Shown: positions 13,847 through 27,960 of the stretch, piece by piece | How the letters are laid out: each line of letters starts with the position of its first letter | Numbering within the stretch: the stretch's first letter is position 1 | DNA from: Eledone cirrhosa | Taxonomy: Eukaryota | NCBI GenBank assembly: GCA_964016885.1 | Contig: OZ024742.1 | Location: forward strand, 176,328,001-176,392,000 | Reading direction: 5' to 3' | DNA length: 64,000 bases | Position numbers and translations under genes: made by a program | Notes under the pieces: generated by a model | Told to the model about the DNA's origin: nothing | The model's input: only the letters and a program-made list of their open reading frames with translations | Databases searched by the model: none

Positions 13847-14031
13847 TATGACCCTGACGGCAGAGCTCAATCCGGTTCGACGGCTATATCGAGTCCACAA
13901 ATAGCCGTCGAAACGGCTTGAGCTCTGCCGTCGGGGTCATACTTTTTCCTACTACCCACTCTACGCCCCTAAGTATTGAGTACTCTGGTGCGTTATGGTC
14001 CATGTGGTTCCTTACCACAATTCTTTCGTTA
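13847..14031 (+). mobile_element. Fold-back PLE-terminus fragment (same family as 7001-7195)
   Basis: IR 13847-13887 / 13901-13941 folds back inside HHR helix II and keeps GAAA-CGGC...GCCG-TC. The tail ends in (TA)n. Confidence 0.75.
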
Positions 14032-14098
14032 TATATATATATATATATATAATAACATCGTTACATATATATATAGATAATAACTTGAAATTCCTTCG

Positions 14099-14158
<60 letters not shown>

Positions 14159-14358
14159 CAATTCCTTCATTATATATATATAAATAATATAAAAGTTTCT
14201 CGTATAATATATATACATATATATATATATATAAACAAACTGAACAGCCTGAATTGTTATGCCGTACGGTGTTAAGGCAACCACGTCACCTTTTTGTTCA
14301 ACACTGACACAGGAAAGTATATACTTTCGAACGTTCAACTATCTGGCAGATGGGTATA

Positions 14359-14399
14359 CGGTGCTGATGATAGCTAACAAGCTTGAAACTAGTACATCG
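14359..14399 (+). ncRNA. Minimal type-I hammerhead ribozyme
   Basis: CGGTG-CTGATGA-TAGCT AACA AGCTT-GAAA-CTAG-TA-CATCG, with palindromic ACTAGT helix III as in PLE minimal HHRs. Confidence 0.85.
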
Positions 14400-14552
14400 T
14401 TCCTGTATCAGTGTTGAACAAAAAGGTGACGTGGTTGCCTTAACACCGTACGGCATAACAATTCAGGCTGTTCAGTTTGTTTACAAACGAACAAAGCGTC
14501 GTTATAATAAGCGTCCGCTAAACTGATACGTACATATATGTATGTGTACCTG

Positions 14553-14592
<40 letters not shown>

Positions 14593-14829
14593 TGCTACTG
14601 TACGTCTGTATACATATATGTATGTACGTATACACACATACTTACATTTAAGTAAGTGCCGTACTAAGAGTGAGAAACGAAATTTCGTTTTCATTTTATT
14701 TCAACTTATCGTTTTCGGTATGCCTGACCGACTTAGCTCACTCGATATGCAAATTAGGCTGCTCAGCCGTTAATTTTCATAAGTAAAGTATATACTTTCG
14801 AACGTTCAACTATCTGGCAGATGGGTATA

Positions 14830-14870
14830 CGGTGCTGATGATAGCTAACATGCTTGAAAGTAGTACATCG
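14830..14870 (+). ncRNA. Minimal type-I hammerhead ribozyme (second copy, 2 substitutions)
   Basis: CGGTG-CTGATGA-TAGCTAACATGCTT-GAAA-GTAG-TA-CATCG. Confidence 0.75.
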
Positions 14871-15022
14871 TTCCTGTGTCAGTGTTGAACAAAAAGGTGA
14901 CGTGGTTGCCTTAACACCGTAGGCATAAAAATTCAGGCTGTTCAGTTTGTTTACAAACGAACAAAGCGGCGTTATAATAAGCGTCCGCTAAACTGATACG
15001 TGCATATATGTATGTGTACCTG

Positions 15023-15078
<56 letters not shown>

Positions 15079-15126
15079 TGCTACTGTACGCCTGTATACA
15101 TATATGTATGTACGTATACACACATA

Positions 15127-16402
<1,276 letters not shown>

Positions 16403-16544
16403 ATTTATATATATACATGTAAATTTATATTTAAAATTGTTGGGTTACAACTAGTAAATATTTATAACTGATATAAAAGCACTCGACAAATATTTGGAGT
16501 ATATTTACAACATTAAATAAATGGAAAACTATATTTATAAAACC

Positions 16545-16621
16545 ATATTTATTTCATTATATATATTTCGGGGATATCATATTAACAATATGCTATGCCT
16601 TCATCAGACAAAATACAATAT
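16545..16621 (-). ncRNA. Type-I hammerhead ribozyme (left arm)
   Basis: Exact mirror of 22646-22722. Confidence 0.8.
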
Positions 16622-16975
16622 AAACAGTTTTATAGATAAATATATTCAACATACCGTAATAAACATCAACTTCATTTGAAGAGGTTTACGCTAGCAGTGA
16701 AAATACAGAGAGAAAGAAAGAGAGAGAGAAAAGAGGGAAATAAGAAAGAAAGAAAGACAAAACAAAGAAAAGGAAGAAAAAGAAGAAAAAGAAAAAGAAG
16801 AAATGCATGGGACAAAATAGAGAGATGGAAAAATAGATAAAGCGAAGAGCTTCATGTAAAGAGACAGAAAGAGATATATATATATAGAGAGAGAGGAAAT
16901 AGAGATAGATACATATATATATATAGAAAATTAGGTAGTGGGAGGTCATTTTGAGTAAGTGTATCAATGATGCAT

Positions 16976-17010
<35 letters not shown>

Positions 17011-17935
17011 GCTCAAGTATTAATGTAAGGGAGATATATAGAGAGATATAGAGAGATATAGAGAGAGAAAAAATTTAAAAATAGCCAGACATATTCGAGG
17101 CGTAGAAAACCCTATGTTTTAATGTATTAGTATTTATAAAACTTACACTATATTGTAAATATCAGTATTCCTGAATGAAACAAGTATTCACAATGCGTGA
17201 AAATTCATTATCTTATGTTTAGTTTTTAAAAAATTCATATGTCTATGTGACAGCTACAAACATCAATGTGAATCCAACTGATTCACTCCGCAAATTCTAA
17301 GTTACCGGAAAACATTCTCAATGTGGTATAAAAATTTGAGCGTATTATTATTCTTGCGATTACTCTACAAGATTATCTATCAAGCAGAAATAGAGAGCAG
17401 ATTTCAATATACTAATCGAAAATATATATTATATTATAAACAAAGATAACAATAATAATGATAATAAGTAAAAATATATAAAAATATAGAATATAGAATA
17501 GAAAACTAAAAAAAAAAAAAAATATTACGAAAGAATATTACATAATAAAAATATTGCATATTAAAAATACTACGTATTAAAAATATTACGTATTAAAAAT
17601 TTACATATAAAAATATTAAAAATAAAAATTTACATATAAAAATATTAAAAATAAAAATAAAATAAAATAAAAAATAAAAATATTATAGAATACTAAAATA
17701 CTAAAAGAATAAAAATAAAAATAAAAATAAAAATAAAAATGAAAATAAAAATAAACCACAAAGAACAACCCTTGAAAGTTAATTGACAATATATTGCCAA
17801 GTTCATTACAAGACAAAGCCAAAAATTATCTATCAAATCACATCTAGCAAGGAATATCGCAAAAAAAAAGATTATGATATGTCTACATATGCTCCTATAT
17901 TTAATATATAAGTTTATCTAGTGTAAGGTTAATTC

Positions 17936-17967
<32 letters not shown>

Positions 17968-18151
17968 GAGCATCGGCTTTTAGGGTAGCTTAATTTTTCA
18001 TGAGGAATGTTTAGATAAAAATGTTTAGATAAAAATAAAAATAAATAAAATAAAATAAACAATAAAAAGAGTAAAAAGAGGGAATCAAAGATTTAGGAAT
18101 CAAAAGATTTATCGGCTAGTTCTCATATAAATATAAATCAAACTAAATATA

Positions 18152-20007
18152 CTACATTTTAAATTTAAATTTATATTTAAACGTTGAGTTTAATCTATGT
18201 TTGCAACAACTGAATAAATTTGTCCGTAGGTTAAGGGAATTTTTAGATTTTAGTATAAAGAATATCTCCTCTGCGCAGAGGTCACATGTCTCAGAGGATG
18301 AATTAAAAGGAATCCCTCTTGAGACTATATTCCAAGCCGTCGAATATCTAACGTTATCTAGCTTAAGTTGCCAGAGTACCCCTGATAGTGCCGTTGAAGA
18401 TTTTTTATTTGGATCTGTGAAAGAATTCTTGTGGTTATTATAGCGAAGTTTAAATTCCGTCGATGTGGAGCCGACGTAGTTAAAAGAATTAGAGTCAGTA
18501 TTAACATTACAATTGTATACTATATTTTTAACTAAGCAGTTGTTATTTAACGGACATTTAGATCTATCTCTACAGTTACATTTGTTAACTTGTATATTAT
18601 TTATGCTATTATCAGTAGGTTTTAAGTTCCTATTATTTATTCTATTAATATTTTGTGCTAAATTTTTGGTGGATGAGTAGGTTAATTTAATTGTATGCCT
18701 ATTGAAGATTGAGTGGTACCTATGTGTTCTAGGGAAGCGATTATCAAGAGCTTTGAAAAATAATTTAGCGATGTGGGTTTTAATGTTTAGTGAGAAAGGG
18801 GGGGCAAACCAAATTATGTTCCTAGTTCTATTTCTTTTTTGTCCTTTGGAATTATTGTAATGCTTTCTATTATAGTTGTTAATGTTGTTGCCGTAATTAA
18901 AAAAGTTGTTACTTTGTTTAGTTTGTTTATCATTATCTATGTACACAATCTTATCAGCATACCCTGCCCTAGCTAGTGCATCATTATAGTATTGGGCCTT
19001 TTCGTCAAAAATCTTTCTATTCGACGAGATCCTAGAGATACGTTTTTGGACTGAGTTTACTATAGTGTTTTTGACAGATCTGGGGTGGTTAGAGTTAAAG
19101 TTGACATAGTTTAAGTTTTCATTCAACTTGTGAAAAGGATAGTGGAGACATGTGTTGAGATTTAATGTTATATCTAGGAAATTGACTATTCTATGGTTGT
19201 TCTCAATTTCTATTTTAAGGTTAAAGTAATTAAAAAATTTTGTAATTTGTTTACATTTTCTATTTAGTTCAGGGTTATTATTATTAATAAGTAAAAGCAT
19301 GTCATCCCTATATAAACCTCCGGTAGTACCAGGTATTTTCCTATGTAGCGAATTGATTAAAAATAAGCCCACAAGGTCAGTTACCTGAGCTGAGTCGGTA
19401 GATCCCATAGTTATGTCAAAAATTGCTATCTCTATCTGCTCTGGTCCATAATTTGTCATCAAATTCTATCAAAGTTTTCCTAGCCGATAATATAATATGC
19501 ATTTCTTTGCTAGTTAGGTCAGTATGTTTGAATGCGTAATTTAGTGCCTTATTTAGTAGACTAGGGGTAATAGAAGAATAATAGTTAGCTATATCAAGTT
19601 GAATAAACCTATTATTATTGTCATATTTAATTTGCCTAAACCACTCAACAACCTCTCCAGTTCCCTTCCGCAAGCTCAGGTTAGATACACAATCCAAGTT
19701 CTTAATTTGCAGTATCACCCTGTCAAGAATGTTTTTGCTTAATTTGCCCAGGTCCGATTTTGAAGGTGCGATCAATCTAACTGGCAGGTCAATTTCAAAA
19801 TTCCTCTTGTGGTCCTTCATATTGATCTTCGGTTTCCTGGGCACGAAAGGTTGTGTTCTGTTCTCAATTTCCAACTCATGCATTATACAAGATGCTTCAA
19901 CATTCATTTTCTCAAGTTCGGCCTTATCTGCTACCTTGTATTTTTTCCTCAGCTCTTTCAGTATGAGGCCATTATACATGTCTTTCCGCACTCCATAGAG
20001 GTTGTTT
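18152..20007 (-). CDS. PLE reverse transcriptase + GIY-YIG endonuclease, 5'-truncated, one frameshift (extra T at 19418-19422)
   Basis: KINMKDHK, VRLIAP, FIQLDIANYYSSI, MGSTDSAQV, LYRDD, NFLDIT, C-x-C-x5-C-x5-C linker, IVY...YVG, FKLRYNNH, CDLCAEE...LNLR...CKHR. Confidence 0.92.
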
Positions 20008-21086
20008 ATTACTTTAACCTTAAAATAGAAATTGAGAACAACCATAGAATAGTCAATTTCCTATATATAACATTAAATCTCAACACATGTCTCCACTATC
20101 CTTTTCACAAGTTGAATGAAAACTTAAACTATGTCAACTTTAACTCTAACCACCCCAGATCTGTCAAAAACACTATAGTAAACTCAGTCCAAAAACGTAT
20201 CTCTAGGATCTCGTCGAATAGAAAGATTTTTGACGAAAAGGCCCAATACTATAATGATGCACTAGCTAGGGCAGGGTATGCTGATAAGATTGTGTACATA
20301 GATAATGATAAACAAACTAAACAAAGTAACAACTTTTTTAATTACGGCAACAACATTAACAACTATAATAGAAAGCATTACAATAATTCCAAAGGACAAA
20401 AAAGAAATAGAACTAGGAACATAATTTGGTTTGCCCCCCCTTTCTCACTAAACATTAAAACCCACATCGCTAAATTATTTTTCAAAGCTCTTGATAATCG
20501 CTTCCCTAGAACACATAGGTACCACTCAATCTTCAATAGGCATACAATTAAATTAACCTACTCATCCACCAAAAATTTAGCACAAAATATTAATAGAATA
20601 AATAATAGGAACTTAAAACCTACTGATAATAGCATAAATAATATACAAGTTAACAAATGTAACTGTAGAGATAGATCTAAATGTCCGTTAAATAACAACT
20701 GCTTAGTTAAAAATATAGTATACAATTGTAATGTTAATACTGACTCTAATTCTTTTAACTACGTCGGCTCCACATCGACGGAATTTAAACTTCGCTATAA
20801 TAACCACAAGAATTCTTTCACAGATCCAAATAAAAAATCTTCAACGGCACTATCAGGGGTACTCTGGCAACTTAAGCTAGATAACGTTAGATATTCGACG
20901 GCTTGGAATATAGTCTCAAGAGGGATTCCTTTTAATTCATCCTCTGAGACATGTGACCTCTGCGCAGAGGAGATATTCTTTATACTAAAATCTAAAAATT
21001 CCCTTAACCTACGGACAAATTTATTCAGTTGTTGCAAACATAGATTAAACTCAACGTTTAAATATAAATTTAAATTTAAAATGTAG
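20008..21086 (+). CDS. Inverted duplicate of PLE thumb + GIY-YIG region (no RT catalytic core)
   Basis: Protein identical to the 18152 ORF from YFNLKIE onward except NFLDIT to NFLYIT. The N-terminus of track ORF 19809 is antisense RT read-through. Confidence 0.88.
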
Positions 21087-21270
21087 TATATTTAGTTTGA
21101 TTTATATTTATATGAGAACTAGCCGATAAATCTTTTGATTCCTAAATCTTTGATTCCCTCTTTTTACTCTTTTTATTGTTTATTTTATTTTATTTATTTT
21201 TATTTTTATCTAAACATTTTTATCTAAACATTCCTCATGAAAAATTAAGCTACCCTAAAAGCCGATGCTC

Positions 21271-21305
<35 letters not shown>

Positions 21306-22254
21306 AATTAACCTTACACTAGATAAACTTATATATTAAATATAGGAGCATATGTAGACATATCATAATCTTTTTTTTTGCGATATTCCTTGCTAGATGT
21401 GATTTGATAGATAATTTTTGGCTTTGTCTTGTAATGAACTTGGCAATATATTGTCAATTAACTTTCAAGGGTTGTTCTTTGTGGTTTATTTTTATTTTCA
21501 TTTTTATTTTTATTTTTATTTTTATTTTTATTTTTATTTTTATTTTTATTTTTATTCTTTTAGTATTGTAGTATTCTATAATATTTTTATTTTTTATTTT
21601 ATTTTATTTTTATTTTTAATATTTTTATATGTAAATTTTTATTTTTAATAATTTTATATGTAAATTTTTAATACGTAATATTTTTAATACGTAGTATTCT
21701 TAATATGCAATATTTTTATTATGTAATATTCTTTCGTAATATTTTTTTTTTTTTTTTAGTTTTCTATTCTATATTCTATATTTTTATATATTTTTACTTA
21801 TTATCATTATTATTGTTATCTTTGTTTATAATATAATATATATTTTCGATTAGTATATTGAAATCTGCTCTCTATTTCTGCTTGATAGATAATCTTGTAG
21901 AGTAATCGCAAGAATAATAATACGCTCAAATTTTTATACCACATTGAGAATGTTTTCCGGTAACTTAGAATTTGCGGAGTGAATCAGTTGGATTCACATT
22001 GATGTTTGTAGCTGTCACATAGACATATGAATTTTTTAAAAACTAAACATAAGGTAATGAATTTTCACGCATTGTGAATACTTGTTTCATTCAGGAATAC
22101 TGATATTTACAATATAGTGTAAGTTTTATAAATACTAATACATTAAAACATAGGGTTTTCTACGCCTCGAATATGTCTGGCTATTTTTAAATTTTTTCTC
22201 TCTCTATATCTCTCTATATCTCTCTATATATCTCCCTTACATTAATACTTGAGC

Positions 22255-22293
<39 letters not shown>

Positions 22294-22645
22294 ATGCATC
22301 ATTGATACACTTACTCAAAATGACCTCCCACTACCTAATTTTCTATATATATATATGTATCTATCTCTATTTCCTCTCTCTCTATATATATATATCTCTT
22401 TCTGTCTCTTTACATGAAGCTCTTCGCTTTATCTATTTTTCCATCTCTCTATTTTGTCCCATGCATTTCTTCTTTTTCTTTTTCTTCTTTTTCTTCCTTT
22501 TCTTTGTTTTGTATTTCTTTCTTTCTTATTTCCCTCTTTTCTCTCTCTTTCTTTCTCTCTGTATTTTCACTGCTAGCGTAAACCTCTTCAAATGAAGTTG
22601 ATGTTTATTACGGTATGTTGAATATATTTATCTATAAAACTGTTT

Positions 22646-22722
22646 ATATTGTATTTTGTCTGATGAAGGCATAGCATATTGTTAATATGATATCCCCGAA
22701 ATATATATAATGAAATAAATAT
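22646..22722 (+). ncRNA. Type-I hammerhead ribozyme (right arm)
   Basis: CTGATGA at 22660, helix II with CATATT/AATATG core, GAAA at 22698, TATATA-TA, ~13-bp helix I ATATTGTATTTTGT/ATGAAATAAATAT. Confidence 0.8.
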
Positions 22723-22873
22723 GGTTTTATAAATATAGTTTTCCATTTATTTAATATTGTATTTATATATATATATATTTATATATTTATATATATATAT
22801 ATTTATATATACATATATATATATATATATACATTTATATATATATATATATATTTATATATTTATATATATT

Positions 22874-23091
<218 letters not shown>

Positions 23092-23447
23092 AATATATAT
23101 ACGCACATATATATATCCAAACAAACACATACATACATGTGTATACATATATACACACATCTGCCTATACACGCACGTATACACACACGCGTGTACGCTT
23201 ACACTTAACTGTGCACATAGACGTAATCGTAAAGATATATATACACACAGACATACAGATATGCATGCTGATACATGACCGCACACACACGTATAGGCAT
23301 AAAACCACAAACGTACAATTAGAAAAAACGCCACACACACATGCATAAAATCTAACTAGGAAAGTAGTGAAGGGAACACATATGGAAATAAATAAATCAA
23401 AATTTATCCTAAGCTATGTTTTCAAATCCATATCACTTTCAATAATA

Positions 23448-23515
23448 CATTTTTTCTGATGAATTAAGACAGGCATAAGTGTCAAGCTCTTCAAGAAACC
23501 ATTGGTAAATGAATT
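23448..23515 (+). ncRNA. Possible hammerhead ribozyme (old)
   Basis: CTGATGA at 23456, GACA/TGTC within helix II, GAAA-CCATTGG-TA. Helix I is weak. Confidence 0.5.
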
Positions 23516-24944
23516 AATTACCTTATGTTGTTTATTACATAACTATATATAATATGGGTTAGACGGGTCGTCCTGTTGTGGGTAGTAGCCGGTCAGCTGA
23601 CCATGCCTTGCTCAAACAGGAACTGATTATGGCTTGATTTCTACATCTAACCTAATATCTTCACTTTCCACTTTTTACTTCCCTATTTTCTACACTACCT
23701 GATTACACAGTCACTTGCGTTTTCCACTACAGATATTTTTTTATTATTTTTTTTATTTTTTCGCAGCCAATCTTATAATTTTAATTTTGTACTTACTTAT
23801 CCACAAGTTTTTTACACCCTGTATCTATGTGTCTGAACGCCTTAATGTGTGTATACTTTCTATATATGTACACGAGTGCCTCCGTATGTGCGCGCGCGTG
23901 CGTGTATATATATATATATATATATATGTGTGTATGTATATGTGTCTTTATATCCGTGTTTTTACATCTATGTTTTTTGTTTTGTTTTTCTTCTTCCTTT
24001 TTTTACATCCTCATTTTTATGCGTGTGCATGCAAACAGGTCAATATACGTGAGTGTATTATGTGTGTGTGTGTGTACGTACCGAATGTATGGATGTGTCA
24101 GTGTGCGTGTGTATATAAGCATGTATATTTGTGTGTGTGTGTGTGTGCGGGTGTGTATACAGTCGCGTGCGTGCGCGTGATTAGATATACATGGGGCGAG
24201 GCGTATATGTGTATATATGTGCATCCTGTGTATGTAGATGTGCTTGCATACGCTTTTGTTGCACTTGTTTTGCGTGTATATATATATATTTAAATATATA
24301 TATACTTAAATTGAGTGTAGCAATCCCTATTGTCTGTAGTTAGTATTTTTTTCACCTTAGCGATTTTGGTCCATTATGATTTGAACACACATATATATAT
24401 ATATATATGTCTGTGTTCGTTTTTCCTTTTGGTTCAGTTATATACGGCTCGGAAAAATCTTTTTCCTATAGCTAATTTACTGTAATGTGACTATTTTGAG
24501 TTTCTAACTCAATACATGCTTTTGATATATATACACACACACACACCATAAATATATACACAACACTTACATACTTACATGGGAGTAGCCCAGCACCTTG
24601 GCCTCTGCATGTGCGAACCACTCATATGCTTTGTGGGGCTGTTGTAGACAAGTTTGGCGTGCACTCGCTATCATGCCAACTTAGTACAGGCTGGTTTCCC
24701 TGATACACCACTCTGAATGACATCATCAAGAGGAATCTCTATGTAGCTGGCTTCCCATCACAGCTGGAGAGTTATTATAACTTTATTTTAACGACCCCAT
24801 AAGGATGAAAGGCAAAGCTAATCTCGGTAGCATTTGAACTCAGAACTTAAAGAACTGTAACTATATGCCACAAAGCAAGTTGTCTGATGATCTACTGCTA
24901 CTGCCAATCTACCACCGAAAATAAGAACATAAATGTATTACTTA

Positions 24945-25112
24945 CCGTATCTCCCGGCACCGAAGACACTTCATCCTCGAAGACGCACCATAATTTTGAC
25001 AACCAAAAATTCGAAAACAAATGATAAACAACCTTCGGCCTCCAGGATGCATGGTAGATTTTTTAGACTAATTCCAGGAAAAAAGTAGCGTCTTCGACGC
25101 AGGGAAATACGG
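24945..25112. mobile_element. Tc1/mariner (pogo/Tc2-type) MITE
   Basis: TIRs CCGTATCTCCCGGCACCGAAGAC / GTCTTCGACGCAGGGAAATACGG with TA target duplication. Confidence 0.8.
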
Positions 25113-25583
25113 TACATTGCAAAGTATAGTTATACAGCTGTCTTAAACCACCAAGAAAAAAATATACTAATTACCATAGTTAAAATATACAAGATAATTA
25201 ACAAATAAAAGACTAGGTTTTCCTTGGCAGGTATGTATTTTTATTACTACAATGTATATGCTATGCATTGGGAGCTCAGTAGAAAACTTACTTATATGTG
25301 TTGTAAGTTACACAAGTAAAGTCACGTGGGAATCAACGAGACACCATGTGCTTTCTAGCATCAAGTGGACAGCGAAGAGGTTCATAGGAGAGATAGAATT
25401 ATCTCATCAACTCCTTCAAGTAGAGCAGCTCAACCCACATATAGACATACACGCATATATGATTTTCTATGCCACATTTATATAATGTTATATCTGTGAA
25501 TTTGTGTGTATGAAAGTACAATCATCATATATGTATATTTGCATTCACACACACACACACACAGACATTCACAGATATTATAA

Positions 25584-27547
25584 TCTACTTATATATATAA
25601 CCAGCAATTTCTCTGTCTGTCTGTCCGACAGTGGAAACACGTGCGTAGAGAGAGAGTGAGAGTGAAAGAAAGAGACAGACTACGAGAGGGGGATAGCGGG
25701 AGGGAGAGAGAGAGAGTGAATAGATGCTAAAACACGTGCTACAGAAACATTACCTCCCCCTCTCCACTGACTTTGGGCACTGAGGCCGAGGGAATCGCTG
25801 GTTGCTATAGAGACACCTTGCACAAGCCAGAAGTAACCAGTTCGAGGCGTTTCTGACTTGACACCATGCGAAGAAGTTGGCATTGAATTTGTGGTTTGAA
25901 GAAGGTTGCCATTGAATTTGTGGTTGTTGCTGCTGATAATAAGGACCATTTGAAGAAGGTTGCTGCTGATGAGGTAATTTATTAATCAGATTGCGCAGTT
26001 CCATAACCTACGTTTGATTTGTTCAATTTTTTTCTTCAATTTTTTTTGTTGTTTTTTTTTATTTCTTATTCAAAAAATATAAATAATAAAATAAGGTTAG
26101 AAATTTAAATACGATTTAATTTCCATTTCCAGCAGCCAATGTCCAGTGTTCAATTTCATGAAAAAATTGGAAATAATTAAAAAAATTGAAGTTTATCTTT
26201 TGAACATTTGTTTTGACAATAAAAAAATATTTCCTTGTTCACACCTAATGGTATGATTAACATTTCATAGGAATATTTTTTTCTAACCGCCAGTTATTTA
26301 TTTTCTCCTTTTTCGTTTTAACATATATTTATTTCAAAGATTTCACCGTATAAATAACATATATATTTATACATGCATAAAAGACACACCGAGAGACGGT
26401 GAACATGTGGTGCCGAAAACATTTCTCATCCAAATCTCAACAATATCAGTATATACACTAGATTTGCTAGCAGAAAATCGCCCACCGGGTGGTTTTCTGC
26501 TAGTCTACTTATATATATAACCAGCAATTTCTCTGTCTGTCTGTCCGACAGTGGAAACACGTGCGTAGAGAGAGAGTGAGAGTGAAAGAAAGAGACAGAC
26601 TACGAGAGGGGGATAGCGGGAGGGAGAGAGGGAGAGAGAGAATGAATAGACGCTAAAACACGTGCTACAGAAATATTACCTTCCCCTTCCTTTCTCCAAG
26701 AGAAACACTGTCGCTATAGAAACATTACCTTCTCCTCTCCACTGACTTTGATCACTGAGGCCGAGGGAATCGCTGGTTGCTATAGAGACACCTTGCACAA
26801 GCCAGAAGTTACCAGTTCGAGGCGGTTCTGACTTGACACCATGCGAAGAAGATGGCCATTGAATTTGTGGTTTGAAGGTTGCCATTGAATTTGTGGTTGT
26901 TGCTGCTGATAATAAGGACCATTTGAAGAAGGTTGCTGCTGATGAGGTAATTTATTAATCAGATTGCGCAGTTCCATAGCCTACGTTTGATTTGTTCAAT
27001 TTTTTTCTTCAATTCTTTTTGTTGTTTTTTTTTATTTCTAATTGAAAAAATATAAATAATAAAATAAGGTTAGAAATTTAAATACAATTAAATACGATTT
27101 AATTTCCATTTCCAGCAGCCAATGTCCAGTGTTCAATTTCATGAAAAATTTGGGAATAATTCTAAAAATTGAAGTTTAACTTTTGAACATTTGTTTTGAC
27201 ACTAAACAAATATTTCCTTATTCACACCTAATGGTATGATTACAATTTCATAGGAATATTTTTTTCTAACCGCCAGTTATTTATTTTCTCCTTTTTCGTT
27301 TTAACATATATTTATTTCAAAGATTTCACCGTATAGATAACATATATATTTGTACATGCATAAAAGACACACCGAGAGACGGTGAACATGTGGTGCAGAA
27401 AACATTTCTCATCCAAATCTCAACAATATCAGTATATACACTAGATTTGCTAGCAGAAAACCGCCCACCGGGTGGTTTTCTGCTAGTCTCCTTATAATAT
27501 ATAACCAGCAATTTCTCTGTCAGTCTGTCCGACAGTGGAAACACGTA
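25584..27547 (+). mobile_element. Head-to-tail array of non-autonomous Helitrons (family H2): 25584-26503, 26504-27486, partial third
   Basis: A|TC start. Each unit ends in a GCTAGCAGAAAA...TTTTCTGCTAG hairpin plus CTAG, followed directly by the TC of the next unit. Confidence 0.85.
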
Positions 27548-27772
27548 CGCGCGTGGTTGCTATCTCTCTCTCACTACAGCTATCCTTCTCTTTTAGTCTG
27601 TCTGTTTCTCTCACTCTCACTCTCACTCTTTCTCTTTGTAACACACTAACATTCCTCCCCTCTATCGCTGTGACGAATGGGGAGATGGAGGAGGAGGAGA
27701 GAGTCACTTCGTCACTTCAGCTCTGCTTTTCTTTCTCTCCCCTCTCACTCCCTCATTACGTACAGACATTAG

Positions 27773-27960
27773 GGCGGTGGATTGGCAGAATCTGTCGTGA
27801 GTCGGACACCATGCTTCTTAGCATGGAGTTACGTCCCTTTACGGTTTGAGTTCAAATACCGCCGAGGTTAACTTTGCCTTTCCTTCCTCACGGGGTCGAT
27901 AAAATAAAGTACCAGTAATGTACTGGCTAATTGCTGGCCTTGTGCCAAAAGTAGAAACAA
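27773..27960 (+). mobile_element. tRNA-type SINE
   Basis: TGGATTGGCAGAAT...GAGTTCAAAT...GGGGTCGATAAAATAAAGTACCAG...GTAGAAACAA. Confidence 0.85.

Larger units (their letters stand above)
14232..15130 (+). mobile_element. HHR element: 84-bp inverted arm + two 471-bp-spaced direct repeats
   Basis: 14232-14315 is the inverted repeat of 14400-14483. Direct repeats at ~14314-14643 and ~14785-15130. (TA)n flanks. Confidence 0.85.
16420..22761. mobile_element. Penelope-like element (Naiad-like) as a 6.25-kb head-to-head palindrome
   Basis: Arm 16506-19230 is the reverse complement of 20008-22761, nearly identical. The unique 777-bp spacer 19231-20007 encodes RT. The left arm has ~85 extra bp. Both ends lie in (TA)n. 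Confidence 0.95.

Noticed and set aside
19809-20007. Novel N-terminus on the 425-aa ORF
   Set aside because: It is antisense to the RT coding spacer and in frame only by chance at the inversion junction.
18152-20007. Selenocysteine recoding, as reported for some Naiad PLEs
   Set aside because: All conserved positions are Cys codons. The TGA at 19416 arises from a one-base homopolymer frameshift.
25680-26977. Duplicated Gln-rich ORFs (MELRNLINKLPHQQQ...)
   Set aside because: They lie inside the tandem Helitron units, the frames are not conserved between copies, and there is no recognisable domain.
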